A stretch of DNA of 64,000 bases from Squalus acanthias. Its lineage: Eukaryota. How positions within the stretch are numbered: the first letter of the stretch is position 1; each line of letters starts with the position of its first letter. The position numbers were made by a program, and so were the translations under genes. The notes beneath the pieces were generated by a model. That model saw nothing but the letters and a program-made list of their open reading frames with translations, was not told the origin of the DNA and did no database searches. Below are positions 1-13,011 of this stretch, in pieces. The DNA lies in assembly GCA_030390025.1 (NCBI GenBank), contig CM059432.1:39744001-39808000 (forward strand), written 5' to 3'.

Positions 1-309
1 TTCAACCCGCAGAGGTCCATTTGTGCACCTGCACTGCCATTTTAAAATGCTGCTGTAATTATACCTATCATGGTGAATGTCTATGGCTACTTCTATCACT
101 ATAATGCTTAAAGTGATGGGTTCGCATATTGTAGGTTTTATGAGAAAATGAGTTAGATGGGTTGAATTACACACTTTATCCTTACTTAGCTTTGTGATCT
201 TTGTCCAACTTAAAATATGGAGGAAAGTCTAAATCATAATGCTCGATCACACTAAGGGATTTATAATGGATGCATTAAGAAATCGTACAGAAACGCTGTC
301 AGTTAGAAT

Positions 310-725
310 TGTAGAATCATAGAGTGGTTACAGCACAGAAGGAGGCCATTCGGCCCATCGAGCCTGTGCCAGCTCTCTGCAAGAGCACTTCAGCTCGTCC
401 CACTCCCCCGCCCTTTCCCTGTAGCCCTGCAATTTTTTTTCCTTCAGGTACTTATCCAATTCCCTTTTGAAAGTCACGATTGAATCTGCCTCCACCACCC
501 TTTCAGGCAGTACATTCCAGATCCTAACCACTCACTGCGTAAAAAAGTTTTTCCTCATGTCACCTTTGGTTCTTCTGCCAATCACCTTAAATCTGTGTCC
601 TCTGGTTCTCGATCCTGCCGCCAATGGGAACAGTTTCCCTCTATCTACTCTGTCTAGACCCCTCATGATTTTGAACACCTTTATCAAATATCCTCTCAAC
701 CTTCTCTGCTCTAAGGAGACCAACC
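310..725 (-). mobile_element. CR1 (HER1-like) LINE, 3' end; continues at 3448 after a nested insertion
   Basis: Minus-strand ORF2 C-terminus (SLEQRRLRG..NFFTQ, WNVLPERVVEA..FKRELDKYL), CR1 3'UTR hairpin (ggccattcggccc) and short-repeat tail near 310-325. Confidence 0.9.
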
Positions 726-727
726 TT

Positions 728-3361
728 AGGGGGTGTAAAAAAGGAGGGGGTGTCGCAATATTAATCAAGGAGTCAATTACTGCTGTAAGGAGGGATGATA
801 TCTTAGCAGGTTCCTCTAATGAGGCCATATGGGTAGAACTTAAAAACAAAAAGTGGGCAAGCACTTTGCTGGGAGTGTACTATAGGCCCCAAAACAGTCA
901 GGGGGAGATAGAGGAACAGATATGTAGGCAAATCTCAGAGAAGTGTAGAAATAATAGGATAATAATAGTAGGGGATTTCAACTTCCCCAATATTAACTGG
1001 GATAGTCAGAGTGTGAAAGGCTTAGAGGGTGCGGAATTCTTAAAGTGCATCCAGGAGAGCTTTTTGAGCCAGCATGTAGAAAGTCCCACAAGAGAGGGGG
1101 CGGTACTGGACCTAATTCTAGGGAATGTAGCCGGGCAAGTGGTAGAAGTGTCAGTAGGAGAGCATTTTGGTGACAGTGACCATAATTCGGTGAGATTTAA
1201 GGTAGTCATGGAAAAGGACAAAAATAGACCGGAAATAAAGGTTCTAAATTGGGGGAAGGCCGATTTTAATATGATAAGGCAGGATCTGGCCAAAGTGGAC
1301 TGGGATCAGCTACTTGTAGGAAAATCCACATCAGAGCAGTGGGAGTCTTTCAGAAAGGAAATAGAGAGAGTACAACGCCAACATGTTCCCGTAAAGGTCA
1401 AGGGTGGGACGAACAAGCCCAGGGAACCCTGGATGTCAAGGGATATACAAGAATGGATTAGGAAAAAAAGGGAGGCTTTTGGCAGATACAAAGAACTAAA
1501 AACAGTGGAAGCCCTAGAGGAATATAGAAAGTGCAGGGGGGTACTTAAAAAAGAAATTAGGAGAGCGAAGAGGGGGCATGAAAAAACACTGGCGGGCAAA
1601 ATAAAGGAAAATCCCAAGGTGTTTTATAAGTATATTAAGGGCAAGAGGATAACCAGGGAAAGAGTAGGGCCCATTAGGGACCAAAGTGGCAATCTGTGTG
1701 TAGAGCCGGAAGATGTGGGTGAGGTTTTAAATGAATATTTTGCATCTGTGTTCACTATGGAGAAGGATGATGTAGGCATAGAAATCAGACAGGGGGATTG
1801 TGATATACTTGAACAAATTAGTATTGAGAGGGAAGAGGTACTAGCAGTTTTAGCGGGCTTCAAAGTGGATAAATCCCCAGGCCCAGACGAGATGTATCCC
1901 AGGCTGCTGTGTGAGGCAAGGGAGGAGATTGCAGGGGCTCTGACACAAATTTTCAGAACCTCTCTGGCCACAGGGGAGGTGCCAGAGGACTGGAGAACAG
2001 CTAACGTAGGACCATTATTCAAGAAGGGTAGTAGTGATAAATCAGGGAATTACAGGCCAGTGAGCCTAACATCAGCAGTAGGGAAATTATTGGAAAAAAT
2101 TCTGAGGGACAGAATTAGTCTCCACTTGGTGAGGCAAGGATTAATCAAGGATAGTCAGCATAGCTTTGGCAGGGGGAGATCATGTCTAACCAATTTGATT
2201 GAATTTTTCGAGGGGGTGACTAGGTGTGTGGATGAGGGTAGTGCAGTTGATGTAGTCTACATGGACTTCAGTAAGGCTTTTGACAAAGTCCCACATAGGA
2301 GACTGGTCAAGAAGGTAAGAGCCCATGGGATCCAGGGCAATTTGGCACATTGGATCCAAAATTGGCTTAGTGGCAGGAGGCAGAGGGTGATGGTCGAAGG
2401 TTGTTTTTGTGACTGGAAGCCTGTGTCCAGTGGTGTACCGCAGGGATCGGTGCTGGGTCCTTTGCTGTTTGTAGTGTACATTAATGATTTAGATATGAAT
2501 GTAGGAGGTATGATCAGTAAGTTCGCAGATGACACGAAAATTGGTGGAGTGGTAAATAGCGAGGAGGGAAGCCTCAGGCTACAGGATGATATAAACGGGT
2601 TGGTCAGATGGGCAGAACAATGGCAAATGGAATTTAACCCTGAAAAGTATGAGGTGATGCATTTTGGGAGGACTAACAAGGCAAGGGAATACATAATGAA
2701 TGGTAGGACCCTAGGAAGGACAGAGGATCAGAGGGACCTTGGTGTGCATGTACATCGATCCCTGAAGGCAGCAGGACAGGTAGATAAGGTGGTTAAAAAG
2801 GCATATGGGATACTTGCCTTCATTAGCCGAGGCATAGAATATAAGAGCAGGGTGGTTATGATGGAGCTATACAAAACGCTAGTTAGGCCACAGCTGGAAT
2901 ACTGTGTGCAGTTCTGGTCGCCACACTATAGGAAGGATGTGATTGCATTGGAGAGGGTGCAGAGGAGATTCACCAGGATGTTACCTGGGCTGGAGCGCTT
3001 CAGCTATGAAGAGAGACTGGACAGGCTGGGGTTGTTTTCCTTAGAGCAGAGAAGGCTGAGGGGGGACCTGATTGAGGTGTACAAAATTATGAGGGGCATA
3101 GATAGGGCAGATAGAAAGGAACTTTTTCCCTTCGTAGAGGGGTCAATAACCAGGGGACGTAGTTTCAAGGTAAGGGGCAGGAGGTTTAGAGGGGATTTGA
3201 GGAAAAACTTTTTCACCCAGAGGGTGGTTGGAATCTGGAACTCACTGCCTGAAAGGGTGGTAGAGGCAGGAACCCTCACAACATTCAAGAAGCATTTAGA
3301 TGAGCACTTGAAACGCCATAGCATACAAGGCTACGGACCAAGTGCTGGAAAATGGGATTAG
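728..3361 (+). CDS. CR1 ORF2 (APE endonuclease lacking its N-terminus + reverse transcriptase), open to the native stop
   Basis: Motifs VYYRP, IVGDFNFP, LDLIL, SDHN (EN); [37 protein letters not shown] (RT). The first ~87 aa of the listed 964-aa ORF are antisense host-CR1 sequence. Confidence 0.9.
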   Translation, partial: RGCKKGGGVAILIKESITAVRRDDILAGSSNEAIWVELKNKKWASTLLGVYYRPQNSQGEIEEQICRQISEKCRNNRIIIVGDFNFPNINWDSQSVKGLEGAEFLKCIQESFLSQHVESPTREGAVLDLILGNVAGQVVEVSVGEHFGDSDHNSVRFKVVMEKDKNRPEIKVLNWGKADFNMIRQDLAKVDWDQLLVGKSTSEQWESFRKEIERVQRQHVPVKVKGGTNKPREPWMSRDIQEWIRKKREAFGRYKELKTVEALEEYRKCRGVLKKEIRRAKRGHEKTLAGKIKENPKVFYKYIKGKRITRERVGPIRDQSGNLCVEPEDVGEVLNEYFASVFTMEKDDVGIEIRQGDCDILEQISIEREEVLAVLAGFKVDKSPGPDEMYPRLLCEAREEIAGALTQIFRTSLATGEVPEDWRTANVGPLFKKGSSDKSGNYRPVSLTSAVGKLLEKILRDRISLHLVRQGLIKDSQHSFGRGRSCLTNLIEFFEGVTRCVDEGSAVDVVYMDFSKAFDKVPHRRLVKKVRAHGIQGNLAHWIQNWLSGRRQRVMVEGCFCDWKPVSSGVPQGSVLGPLLFVVYINDLDMNVGGMISKFADDTKIGGVVNSEEGSLRLQDDINGLVRWAEQWQMEFNPEKYEVMHFGRTNKAREYIMNGRTLGRTEDQRDLGVHVHRSLKAAGQVDKVVKKAYGILAFISRGIEYKSRVVMMELYKTLVRPQLEYCVQFWSPHYRKDVIALERVQRRFTRMLPGLERFSYEERLDRLGLFSLEQRRLRGDLIEVYKIMRGIDRADRKELFPFVEGSITRGRSFKVRGRRFRGDLRKNFFTQRVVGIWNSLPERVVEAGTLTTFKKHLDEHLKRHSIQGYGPSAGKWD

Positions 3362-3447
3362 AATAGATAGGGCTTGATGGCCGGCGCGGACACGATGGGC
3401 TGAAGGGCCTCTTTCTGTGCTGTATAACTCTATGATTCTATGACTCT
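728..3447 (+). mobile_element. Young 5'-truncated CR1 LINE nested in an older antisense CR1
   Basis: Uninterrupted APE-endonuclease (partial) plus RT frame; 3'UTR with (ACTCTATG/ATTCTATG) tail ending at 3447; host CR1 sequence resumes at 3448 (AACC on both sides). Confidence 0.95.
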
Positions 3448-5153
3448 AACCCCAGCTTCGCTAGTCTAGCCACGTGACTGAAGTCCCTCATCACTGGAAT
3501 CATTCTCGTAAATCTTTTCTGCACCCTCTCTAAGGCCTTCACATCCTTCCTAAAGTGCGGCGCCCAGCATTGGACACAATACTCCAGTTGGGGCTGAACC
3601 AGTGTTTTATAAAGGTTCATCATACCATCCTTGCTTTTGTACTCTATACCTCTATTTATGAAGCCCAGTATCCCGTATGCTTTTTTTTCCGCTTTCTCAA
3701 CCTGCCCTGCCACCTTCAACGATTTGTGCACATATACCCCCAGGTCTCTCTTTTCCTGCACCCACTTTAGGATTGTACCCTTTAGTTTATATTGTCTCTA
3801 CTCGTTCTTCCTACCAAAATGTATCACTTTGCACTTTTCTGCATTAAATTTCATCTGCCATGTGTCCGCCCATTTCACCAGCCTATCTATGTCTCCCTGA
3901 AGTCTATCACTATCCTCCTCACCTATTCACTATACTGCCAAGTTTTGTGTCATCTGCAAATTTTGAAATTGTGCCCTGTACTCCCAAGTCCAAGTCATTA
4001 ATATATATCAAGAAAAGCAGTGGTCCTGGTACCAACTCCTGGGGAACACCACTGTATACCTTCCTCCAGTCCAAAAAACAACCATTCACCACTACTCTCT
4101 GTTTCCTGTCACTTAGCCAATTCGTATCCATGCTGCCACTGTCCCTTTTTTTCCATGGGCTTCAACTTTGCTGGCAAGCCTATTAGGTATCTTTTGGAAA
4201 TCCATATACCCCACATCAACTGCATTGCCCTCATCAACTCTCTCTGTTACCTCATCAAAAAACTCAATCAAGTTAATTAATCACGATTTGCCTTTAACAA
4301 ATCTGTGCTGGCTTTTCTTAATTAATCCACACTTGTCCAAGTGACTGTTAACTTTGTCCCTGATCATCGTTTCTAAAAGCTTCCCCATTACCGAGGTTAA
4401 ACTGACTGGCCTGTAGTTGCTGGGTTTATCCTTACACCCTTTTTTGAACAAGGGTGTAACATTTGCAATTCTCCAGCCCTCTGGCACCACCCCCGTATCT
4501 AAGGAGGATTGGAAGATTATGGCCAGTACTTCCACGATTTCCTCCTTAACCTCCCTCAGCATCCTAGGATGCATTCCATCCGGTCCTGGTGACTTATCAA
4601 CTTTAAGTACAGACAGCCTTTCTAGTAGCTCCTCTTTTTCAATGTTTATCCCATCCAGTATCTCCACTACCTCCTCTTTCACTATGACTTTGGCAGCATC
4701 TTCTTCCTTGGTGAAGACAGATGCAAAGTATTCATTTAGTACCTCAGCCATGCCCTCTGCCTCCATGCACAGGTCTCCTTTTTGGTCCCTAATCAGCCCC
4801 ACTCCTCCTCTTACTACCCGTTTATTATTTTTATGCCTATAGAAGACTTTTGAATTCCCTTTAATGTTAGCTGTCAATCTATTCTCATACTCTCTCTTTG
4901 CCCCTCTTATTTTCTTTTTCACTTCCCCTCTGAACTTTCTATATTCAGCTTGGTTCTCACTTGTATTCTCAACCTGACATCTGTCATACGCGCTCTTTTT
5001 CTGCTTCATCTTACTCTCTATCTCTTTCGTCATCCAGGGAGCTCTGGCTTTGGTTGCCTTACTTTCCCCCCTCATGGCAATGTACCTCGACTGTACTTGA
5101 ACCATCTCCTCTTTAAAGGCAGCCCATTGTTCAATTACAGTTTTGCCTGCCAT
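3448..5153 (-). mobile_element. Older CR1 LINE (continuation of 310-725), degenerate RT, 5'-truncated
   Basis: Minus-strand ORF fragments with KSPGPDG, NYRPVSL, KFADDTK and LEYCVQ; frameshifts and an internal deletion near 4185. Confidence 0.9.
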
Positions 5154-8100
5154 TGAAAATATAACGATAATTTTTATTATTAGTTAGTGACTTTTGACAA
5201 TCAGCCAAATTTGGATGGGCCCTTATGTGAAACATGAAAAAGTCTTTTAAACTGATCTCTAAAGGAAAAATCACAAGCACTGGACTTGTATTAAAGTTCG
5301 CACCATCTCTATTCACTCATTTCAGCTGATTTTGCTCTCGTGTTCTGCAAAATCCTATTTTTTTCTCTTAATGTTCTGTGTTACATCTGCAAAAGCATTC
5401 ATAAAATGCTAATGTATGCACATCAAAAGGAAAGACATCTGCAGCATCTCTTCACTATTATTGTTTCAATTTTATAGTCATTCTGATTATAGTGTAGACC
5501 TTGTATTCTCTCACATTGAGCTCAATTATATAATAGTATGCTATTAATTTGAACCACCTGGAGGCATCATAGTAAGCAGATACCATGTAAAATGATTTTA
5601 TGAATATTGAATTTTTCGGATAATTAGCTGCTCATTCTGGAGTTTTAAAGTGTTTTTATCCATTAAAGTGATGTTCCACTAGACTGTATCCTATGTAACT
5701 AATGAATCCCAGGGATACGCCATCAGCAGAATTGCAGTTCTTCTCTTCCAATTTCAAATTTCCTACTTAGGTTTGTGAGTAAATTCTTCAATGGAATTTG
5801 AAGGACAAATCAAACCATTGCTATAAAAGCAATTCATTACGAGATAGACCTTTTCCTTCATTTCTGTCCTACATTGCAGATCATTTCTGTTATTTTGTGT
5901 TCTTTTCCTGTTTTGTTGGTCTTGCTGTTCGGCACTTGGGCAGTTATTTTCCCCCATGTGAGTGCATGCATCCTACAATGATGAGCGGGGCAGGTGCATG
6001 GTCCCTTTAAGAAGCACTTATGCTTCCTGCTGTTGAAAATTTGATGTCCCCCTTTAACTAGCTACAGCCTTTTACAGTGGCAATAAAATAATGATTTTTC
6101 ATGCATTTTGTTTTACTCTTTGTCATAAAGTAAATTGATTGTTGCAGAGTTCTTTAAAGAATCAATTTGTAAAGACCAAAGGGGAGCATGAAAGATTAAG
6201 ATTGATGAAACCTGCAAGATGAGAGACCCCAAATTTGAAAACTATGAAACCTGACATTCTTATTTCATCAAACAATGGGAGAAAAATCAATTTTTCATCA
6301 TAAGTAACGAACCGCAAACTGAATTGCAGCTTTGAAATCTGAGAATGAGATTTCTTTAGAGGTAATGAAAAACTAGCAAGAAATCATGATACATCTTTAA
6401 TAAAGATCCTTTAATGTTTCTCAAGCTGCTAATGAGCCACTTAACTGGTATAAATGTCAAAAAGTTCATTTGTCAAGTTATAAGGTATGCAATTGTCTGT
6501 AAAATTACTAAACAGCAATAATGAAAGGCCTTATTAATGAGGTTCTATACATTCTGGTAACTTCTTTTATGGTGAAAAGTCCGTCGATTTCTTGACATGA
6601 GGGAGGAGATGGCTTGGCACGTCTTCTTCGACATTGAATTGCAGCCTCCTTTCTGAGCCAGAGATCCTTATGCACTACTTCTCAAACATGCCCAAGTAGC
6701 TGACTCTGTTGCAGTGCACTGCCTGGTGTAGTACCCACTGTGAGCTGTACACCTCCTTTACCCTCTGCACTCCTGGTTCGCTATTACCTCCTGCTCCACT
6801 GAGATTTACCCATCAGCGGTCACTATACCTTCGCCCTTGGTGAGAAACTCCTTACACCACTCATTTTTTCACGGCCATTGTGACATTTCAAAACCTTTCT
6901 CTTTGTTAAGTGGAGTAAAACAATATTTTTTTTAAGTGGCTGCAACTGAGGAATGCTGCACAAGTTCATCATTAAAGACTGTAATAAGAGTTTAACAAGC
7001 AAAAATTAGACTTTAACTCACTCTCCTCTAGCATTTTTGAACATTTTTTGGAATTGTAGGAATCATCAAAGTGGTGCGAAACACAGCTGAATAATACATT
7101 AATACATTCTGCCAACATCACACTACTTTTTGCTCAGGTCTACTTTTTCATTCAACTGAGCAAAGACGGAAATGTCAGAGCTTATATTGCTGGGATTGGG
7201 ACAAAGAATCTTAACGTAGTTTCTGTAAGCAATTGGTTTGCAAAACAAATTTCAGGTGGCATCATACATTTAAGTCTCCATTTCTGCTTCATTACCCACT
7301 CATTGCTTTAAGGGTAACTTTTGTGAGGTGAGACTCCTGCTGGGAGCACGGATCAGAGAATCAAGCATGGGGTTCAACTTTAAACACTGGAAAATCGGAA
7401 GCAGTGTCTCGATGCAGTTGTTAAAGAACTCAACCTATAATTATGGGGCAGCTGACTGATCACTTACATATTTAACTGTAGGCATTGACAAAGTTAATGA
7501 TATATATAACATTTTTATCTGCATAATCTTACTGTATTTGAAGAAATCAATATGCCCATAGTGCATGCATGATATAAAAGTGAATATATTACTCAAGGAG
7601 GGTCATGACCTGTGGAATGTTGTGTAGTGCAATCAGGACTCAGCCAATGTTCCATAGGAACAGCCAGAATTCAATCCTATTACCTGCTTGGTGGTTGGTA
7701 ATGCTCAGTGTCCACTGAAAAAGAATGAGTCTTTTATTTAAACATTTAACGTGTGGCTCTTTACTTTCATATTATAAATGGACGTCACGGACAAGAATAC
7801 CAGAAATACTATTGACCTAATCAACACTTTTTAATTACAGTGTTGTTATCATTGAACTTTTCATTGAATATTTAGGAATTTCAATGGTTCGTGCAACAGA
7901 TCTTCTTTAATTTCAATACTGATTGTAACAACAATCATAATCTTAATTGCTGCAGTTCCTGTCTAGAAGTGATTCTGTCTAGAAGTGATTCAAAATAAAT
8001 GTCGCTCTCTTGCAGCCATCAACTGTCAGACATGTGGGGGCGCTCCATGCTTACTTCTTGAACCAGATATAACCCTACATCTGTACCGGAAGCTGCATTT

Positions 8101-8262
8101 ACTTTTTCAGTTCTCACTGTAGCAAAAATATGCAATCAACTTTTAAATCTATGTTCTGCTTGCAATCCAAGCAACATAGCTCAGCTTCACATATCATAGC
8201 TTCAGCTGAGCTGAAATTACCTCTGCACAATTACGTTATCCACTAGTCTGCTGCATTCATAG

Positions 8263-8540
8263 ATGTCAGCTGTGGCTCAGTGGGTAGCTACTTGTCTCCG
8301 CTGAGTCAGAAGGCTGTGAGTTCAAGTCCCACTCCAGGGACTTTGAGCACACATATCTAGGCTGATACTCTAGTGCAGTGCTGAGGGAGTGCTGCACTGT
8401 CAGAGGTGCCGTCTTTCAGATGAGACATTAAACCAAGGCCCCATCTACTCTCTCAAGTGGACGTAAAAGATCCATGGCACTATTTTGAAGAAGAGCGGGG
8501 GAGTTATCCCCGGTGTCCTGGCCAATATTTATCCCTCAAG
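8263..8540 (+). mobile_element. tRNA-derived SINE with Deu-like central domain (SacSINE1/AmnSINE-like), 3'-truncated
   Basis: A box (tggctcagtgg) and B box (gttcaagtccc), followed by gtgctgcactgtcagaggtgccgtctttcagatgagac...ggacgtaaaagatccatggcact; matches the minus-strand copy at 54120-54452. Confidence 0.75.
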
Positions 8541-8547
8541 AGGTGAG

Positions 8548-9553
8548 GTGAGAGTGACATCAAGGCAGCATTTGACTGAGTGTGGCATCAAGGGGCCCTA
8601 GTAAAACTGAAGTCAATGTGAATCAGGGGGAAAACGCTCCACTGGCTGGAGTCATACATAGCACAAGGGAAGATGGTTGTGGTGGTTGAAGGTCAATCAT
8701 CACAGCCCCAGGACAGCGCTGCAGGAGTTCCTCAGGGCAGTGTCCTAGGCCCAACCATCTTCAGCTGCTTCATCAATGGCCTTCCCTCCAACATAAGGTC
8801 AGAAATGGGGATGTTCGCTGATGACTGCACAGTGTTCAGCGCCATTCACAACTCCACAGCTAATGAAGCAGTCCATGCCCGCATGCAACAAGACCTGGAC
8901 GACGTTCAGGTTTGGGCTGATAAGTGGCAGGTAACATTCGAGCCACAGAAGTACCAGGCAATGACTATCTACAACAAGCAAGAGTCTAATCACCTCCCCG
9001 TGACATTCAACAGCATTACCATCACCGAATCCCCCACCATCAACATCCTGGGGGTCACCATTGACCAGAAACTTAACTGGACCAGACACATAAATACTGT
9101 GGCAACAAGAGCAGGTCAGAGGCTAGGTATTCTGCGGCGTATGTCTCACCTCCTGACTCCCCAAAGCCTTTCCACCATCTACAAGGCACAAGTAAGGAGT
9201 GTGATGGAATACTCTCCACTTGCCTGGATGAGTGCAGCTCCAACAACACTCAAGAAGCTCGACACCATCCAGGACAAAGCAGCCCGCTTGATTGGCACCC
9301 CATCCACCACCTTAAACATTCACTTCCTCCACCACTGGCGTACCGTGGCTGCGGTGTGTAACATCTACAAGATGCGCTGCAGCAACTCGCAAAGGCTTCT
9401 TTGGCAGCACCTCCCAAACCCCCGACCTCTTCCACCTAGAAGGACAAGGGCAGCAGGTGCATGGGAACACCACCACCTCCAAGTTCCCCTCCAAGTCACA
9501 CACCAACCTGACTTCGAAGTATATCACCAATCCTTCATCGTCGCTGGGTCAAA
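8548..9553 (+). mobile_element. CR1-clade LINE family B, RT C-terminal fragment
   Basis: [41 protein letters not shown]; same family as 37405-38556 and 46486-46984. Confidence 0.85.
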
Positions 9554-10899
9554 ATATATGCAAATAGGCGGCCTAACACCTGTTTGCGGCCCTGCCTTGC
9601 AAAATTCATCACCGACTGACCTCAACATGTACCGTGCATGCTGCGGTCAGCATTCTCAGGTGCTTGGCAGCCAAACCAGCAACCGTTATAGGTAAATTTT
9701 AATTCATGTACTTATCATTTTGTGGAGCCTGGAGGAGCAGGAGTGTTCCTCCCAGCTCCACATTAAATTCGCGGGTGGCTGCTGGCCATTGCTTGCTCCC
9801 CCTCCCGATTGCCTCACGTCTCCCACTACCACCGGACTCTGCTTACAACCTCGGACGTTGGCCGATCTTGATGCTGCCCATGACTGGCAACCTGTCCCTG
9901 GGACCGCGCTGGCACACAATCCAATTCAGACACAATCCAATTTCAAGGCCAATATGTCTTGTATATTAGAATGGTATGAGTCACAAATGTGATATAAATA
10001 TATATTATTAATGATACTTTTTGCTCTCGACAAAAATGTGCTACGGAAATATGATGTAGCTATATTTTCATATAATCTCCAGAAAACTGTGATTTTGATT
10101 ATACCTGCAACTGCCTGCCTATCATCTTTTTAAAATCAACCAAAGGTACCTTAGCAGTATAGAGGATACACTTCCATGACAACCTCAGTATAAAATGGTT
10201 TGCCATCCCTCCACTTACTTTATAAGATAGGCTTACCTCATAGGTCTTTTTGCTATCTTTTTATAAAATAAAGACTGCTACGTCAGGGATGAAGTCCACT
10301 ACGCTAGTACATTAACTCTTCATCATGATAGCGCCTTTGCATTTGTAGAAGTCCCAACAATTCAAAAGGCTTCATTTAACTCCATCATGTGCTATAGCAA
10401 AACTGCTAGTGATGTAGGAAAAGCACAGAAACAGCATGGCCAGTTGTGAATTGAAAGGCTGATGTGTCATTTAACTGTCAGAGTCTAAGGGGAAATAGGC
10501 AAGTTTGCAAGAAAGCCCTGCAGAACAGAATTACTTCATATCAACAACAGATCTCAGTATTAATAATGTACTGAGGATAGCAGATTCTCTCAACCATGAA
10601 TAACCCACTTATTATCAATTCCCTGATGCTGTATAAGCAGTCACCCATTATCATTTAAAGGATCATCTTAACACAATACTTCCATTATTAAAATCTTTTA
10701 TTCACCACCTCCATCCCAACTGTTTTGTTGTAGAGCATCAGAATTAGATGTACTCTGTAATGACCCAGTTTTGTGCTTCGTCATGTGCCATTAACTCTTT
10801 TGTTGTACTGTGGGACAAATTACTAGAGTATTCAGGGACATCAAGTTGAGGAACTAACTTCATTTTTTTCCCATTAGTGGTACCATAACAGTAGTGAGA

Positions 10900-12860
10900 G
10901 TCCTGTTTTCAGGGGCAGACACAAGGGAGTGGAATTGGAAGGGGGATATGGTTGGTGAGTGATATAATAAAGTGGCCGTAGATGGCCTAGTTTGTGATTT
11001 AGGCCAAGGGTGTAGAGAGACCACAATAGATAGCAAGGTTGAGGGAATGGTGTGAATATGGGTAGGAGAGTTTATATGGAAGGAAAGGTTTAGGGAGTAC
11101 AGGATGGCAGTGAATTCAGAGGAAAGAGAAGATGAGCTGAGATGCAGATTGAAATCACCAAGGATAAGGAGTTGCTCAGTGCAGACGCTGAGGGAGGAAA
11201 GGAGGTAAACATATCTTGGGGAGAAACTCATGGTGAGGCTTGGGGCTGGTAGGCATTAAGGATTTTAAAGAAGAGGCGAGAGGGGTGGAAATAGGTAAGG
11301 TGCTTGAAGGAGGAGAGAGCACCAGAGGATTAGGAGGAGAGACCAAGACATCATTTGATTTATGGGCCGCACCACTACCATGAAGGTCGGCAAGAGAGAA
11401 GGATGGGGCAGTTGAGGTTGGCTCATAAGGAGGCAGTGGGAGAGGGGGGGATGATAGCCGAGAGGAGAGCAATGAAAGATGGCAGGACTGATGACAGGAA
11501 AAGGAGGGGACAGGAGAGAAGTACCTGAGAGAGGCCAAGAGAAAAAAAAGGAGATTGTAGTAAATGGCTCAGATCCGGAGTGGCAGCTAAAATGCACACA
11601 TAAATGGACACAGAGGGACTTTGGGTTACATAGGCATGGTAGAGATTAGGAGAGACATGTCCTGATCATATGCAGAACAGGGAGGTGATGATATGAGGTC
11701 CTGTGGGATGGGATGAAGACAGTGTGGAGTCAGCTTGGTGCATCCACGAACCAGCTTCCAGGTTTGGAGACTGCTGTGGAGATGGAGTAGATCCAGGATC
11801 CATTCAAGGGGCAGAGTATTAGTGGGGGTACTGCTGGAACCTGTCCAGTGGAATCAGAGGTCCAAGGAGGAGTGAAGAGTTGATGATGACCCAGCAGAGT
11901 TGATCCAGGGGTATAGTGCGGTGTGTAGTGGCCTCAGATGTTAGCAGTGCACACCAGTAGATCTAATAGACTAGGAGAGCAGCGAGAAACAGTGTTAGTG
12001 AAACTGAGGACCAAGATCAGTGAAGTCCAGGGAGCCAGGGGGCAGTGGAAGATAAATCCAAGGGATAAGTGTAAATGAGGAAGCTGGTCCAAGGAAAAGC
12101 TGTAGGCCGTTGAAGAGCTAACACGATCAGGGGCAGCAGGAGGAGCTTGCAGAGCCGATCCAAACTAGTCCAGCGGAGGGTGATGGAGGAATTCCGAAGA
12201 TAATGAAATGGTTGTGAATATGGGAGGACAGGTGGCCATGGGAAACAAGCAGATAGTAGCAAAGCAGATATCATTCATTAGCATGGTAGCAGAATTCAGA
12301 GCAGGACTGGAACCAGCAGGAACGGATCAGAGCTAATTCAATGTTGAATAAAAAGTCCCAGCAGAGCAGCAGAAAACTGAGACACAGAAGAGGGACACAT
12401 ACTGGAGTGGAGGCTGTCCAGCAGACAATACAGAGTCAGTAGAAAGTGGCAGTGAAAGTGGCAGTGAAAGTGGCAGTGAAAGTGGCAGTGAAAGTGGCAG
12501 TGAAAGTGGCAGTGAAAGTGGCAGTGAAAGTGGCAGTGAAAGTGGAGGTCAGAAAGCCCAGAAGCCAGCAGAGAAATGGAATTTGCCTCAGGAGAAAACA
12601 AATTTCTGTCCAGGGCTCAACAAAGCAGCAGAGTAAACTGAGAAGCCAGCAGTACACGGGAGTACATACTGAAGTTCAGCAAGTAACAGCGGGAGGTGAG
12701 GGATTGGGGCACTGTAGACTGGAACACGTTACCTTAAACTTAAAGCGTTTGAGTGGCAGAGCAGTGTCACAGCAGTTAAGGCATACAGTGTAATCCAGCA
12801 GAGCAGTGCAGTCCTAGTGACAGAAGAGTTGAGGAGGGTGAAATTAGACATGGGCAGGGA
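10900..12860 (-). mobile_element. Decayed L2-like LINE 5' region with endonuclease remnant
   Basis: LLILGDFNLH...SPTH APE motifs at 10860-11231; strong purine/pyrimidine skew typical of L2; boundaries approximate. Confidence 0.55.
12442..12546. repeat. 12-bp tandem repeat (GAAAGTGGCAGT) x ~8.7
   Basis: Directly visible perfect repeat. Confidence 0.95.
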
Positions 12861-13011
12861 TGCAAAACAGACAGAGTCGCATTCGCCAACCATTATACGA
12901 CTCACCCGATATTCAGTCCTACTGAAGCATATAACAGGCAATCGATGCGATACCCCATTTTGTATCCATGCCCATATCCAGTTTCACCCTCCAGGAGTGC
13001 AGGACATCAAG

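Noticed and set aside
1006..3324. Numerous S/L/P-rich ORFs antisense to CR1 ORF2 (also at 60-63 kb)
   Set aside because: Antisense shadows caused by the purine-rich codon bias of CR1
7960..7991. Small 16-bp tandem duplications (here and at ~17570-17607)
   Set aside because: Ordinary slippage duplications with no further structure
8263..8340. tRNA gene
   Set aside because: A/B boxes run directly into a SINE body and the cloverleaf is degenerate
12338..12793. ORFs with HCHF / TATF / VKVA repeats resembling a metal-binding or repeat protein
   Set aside because: All are translations of one 12-bp tandem repeat that is stop-free in several frames; no flanking gene structure
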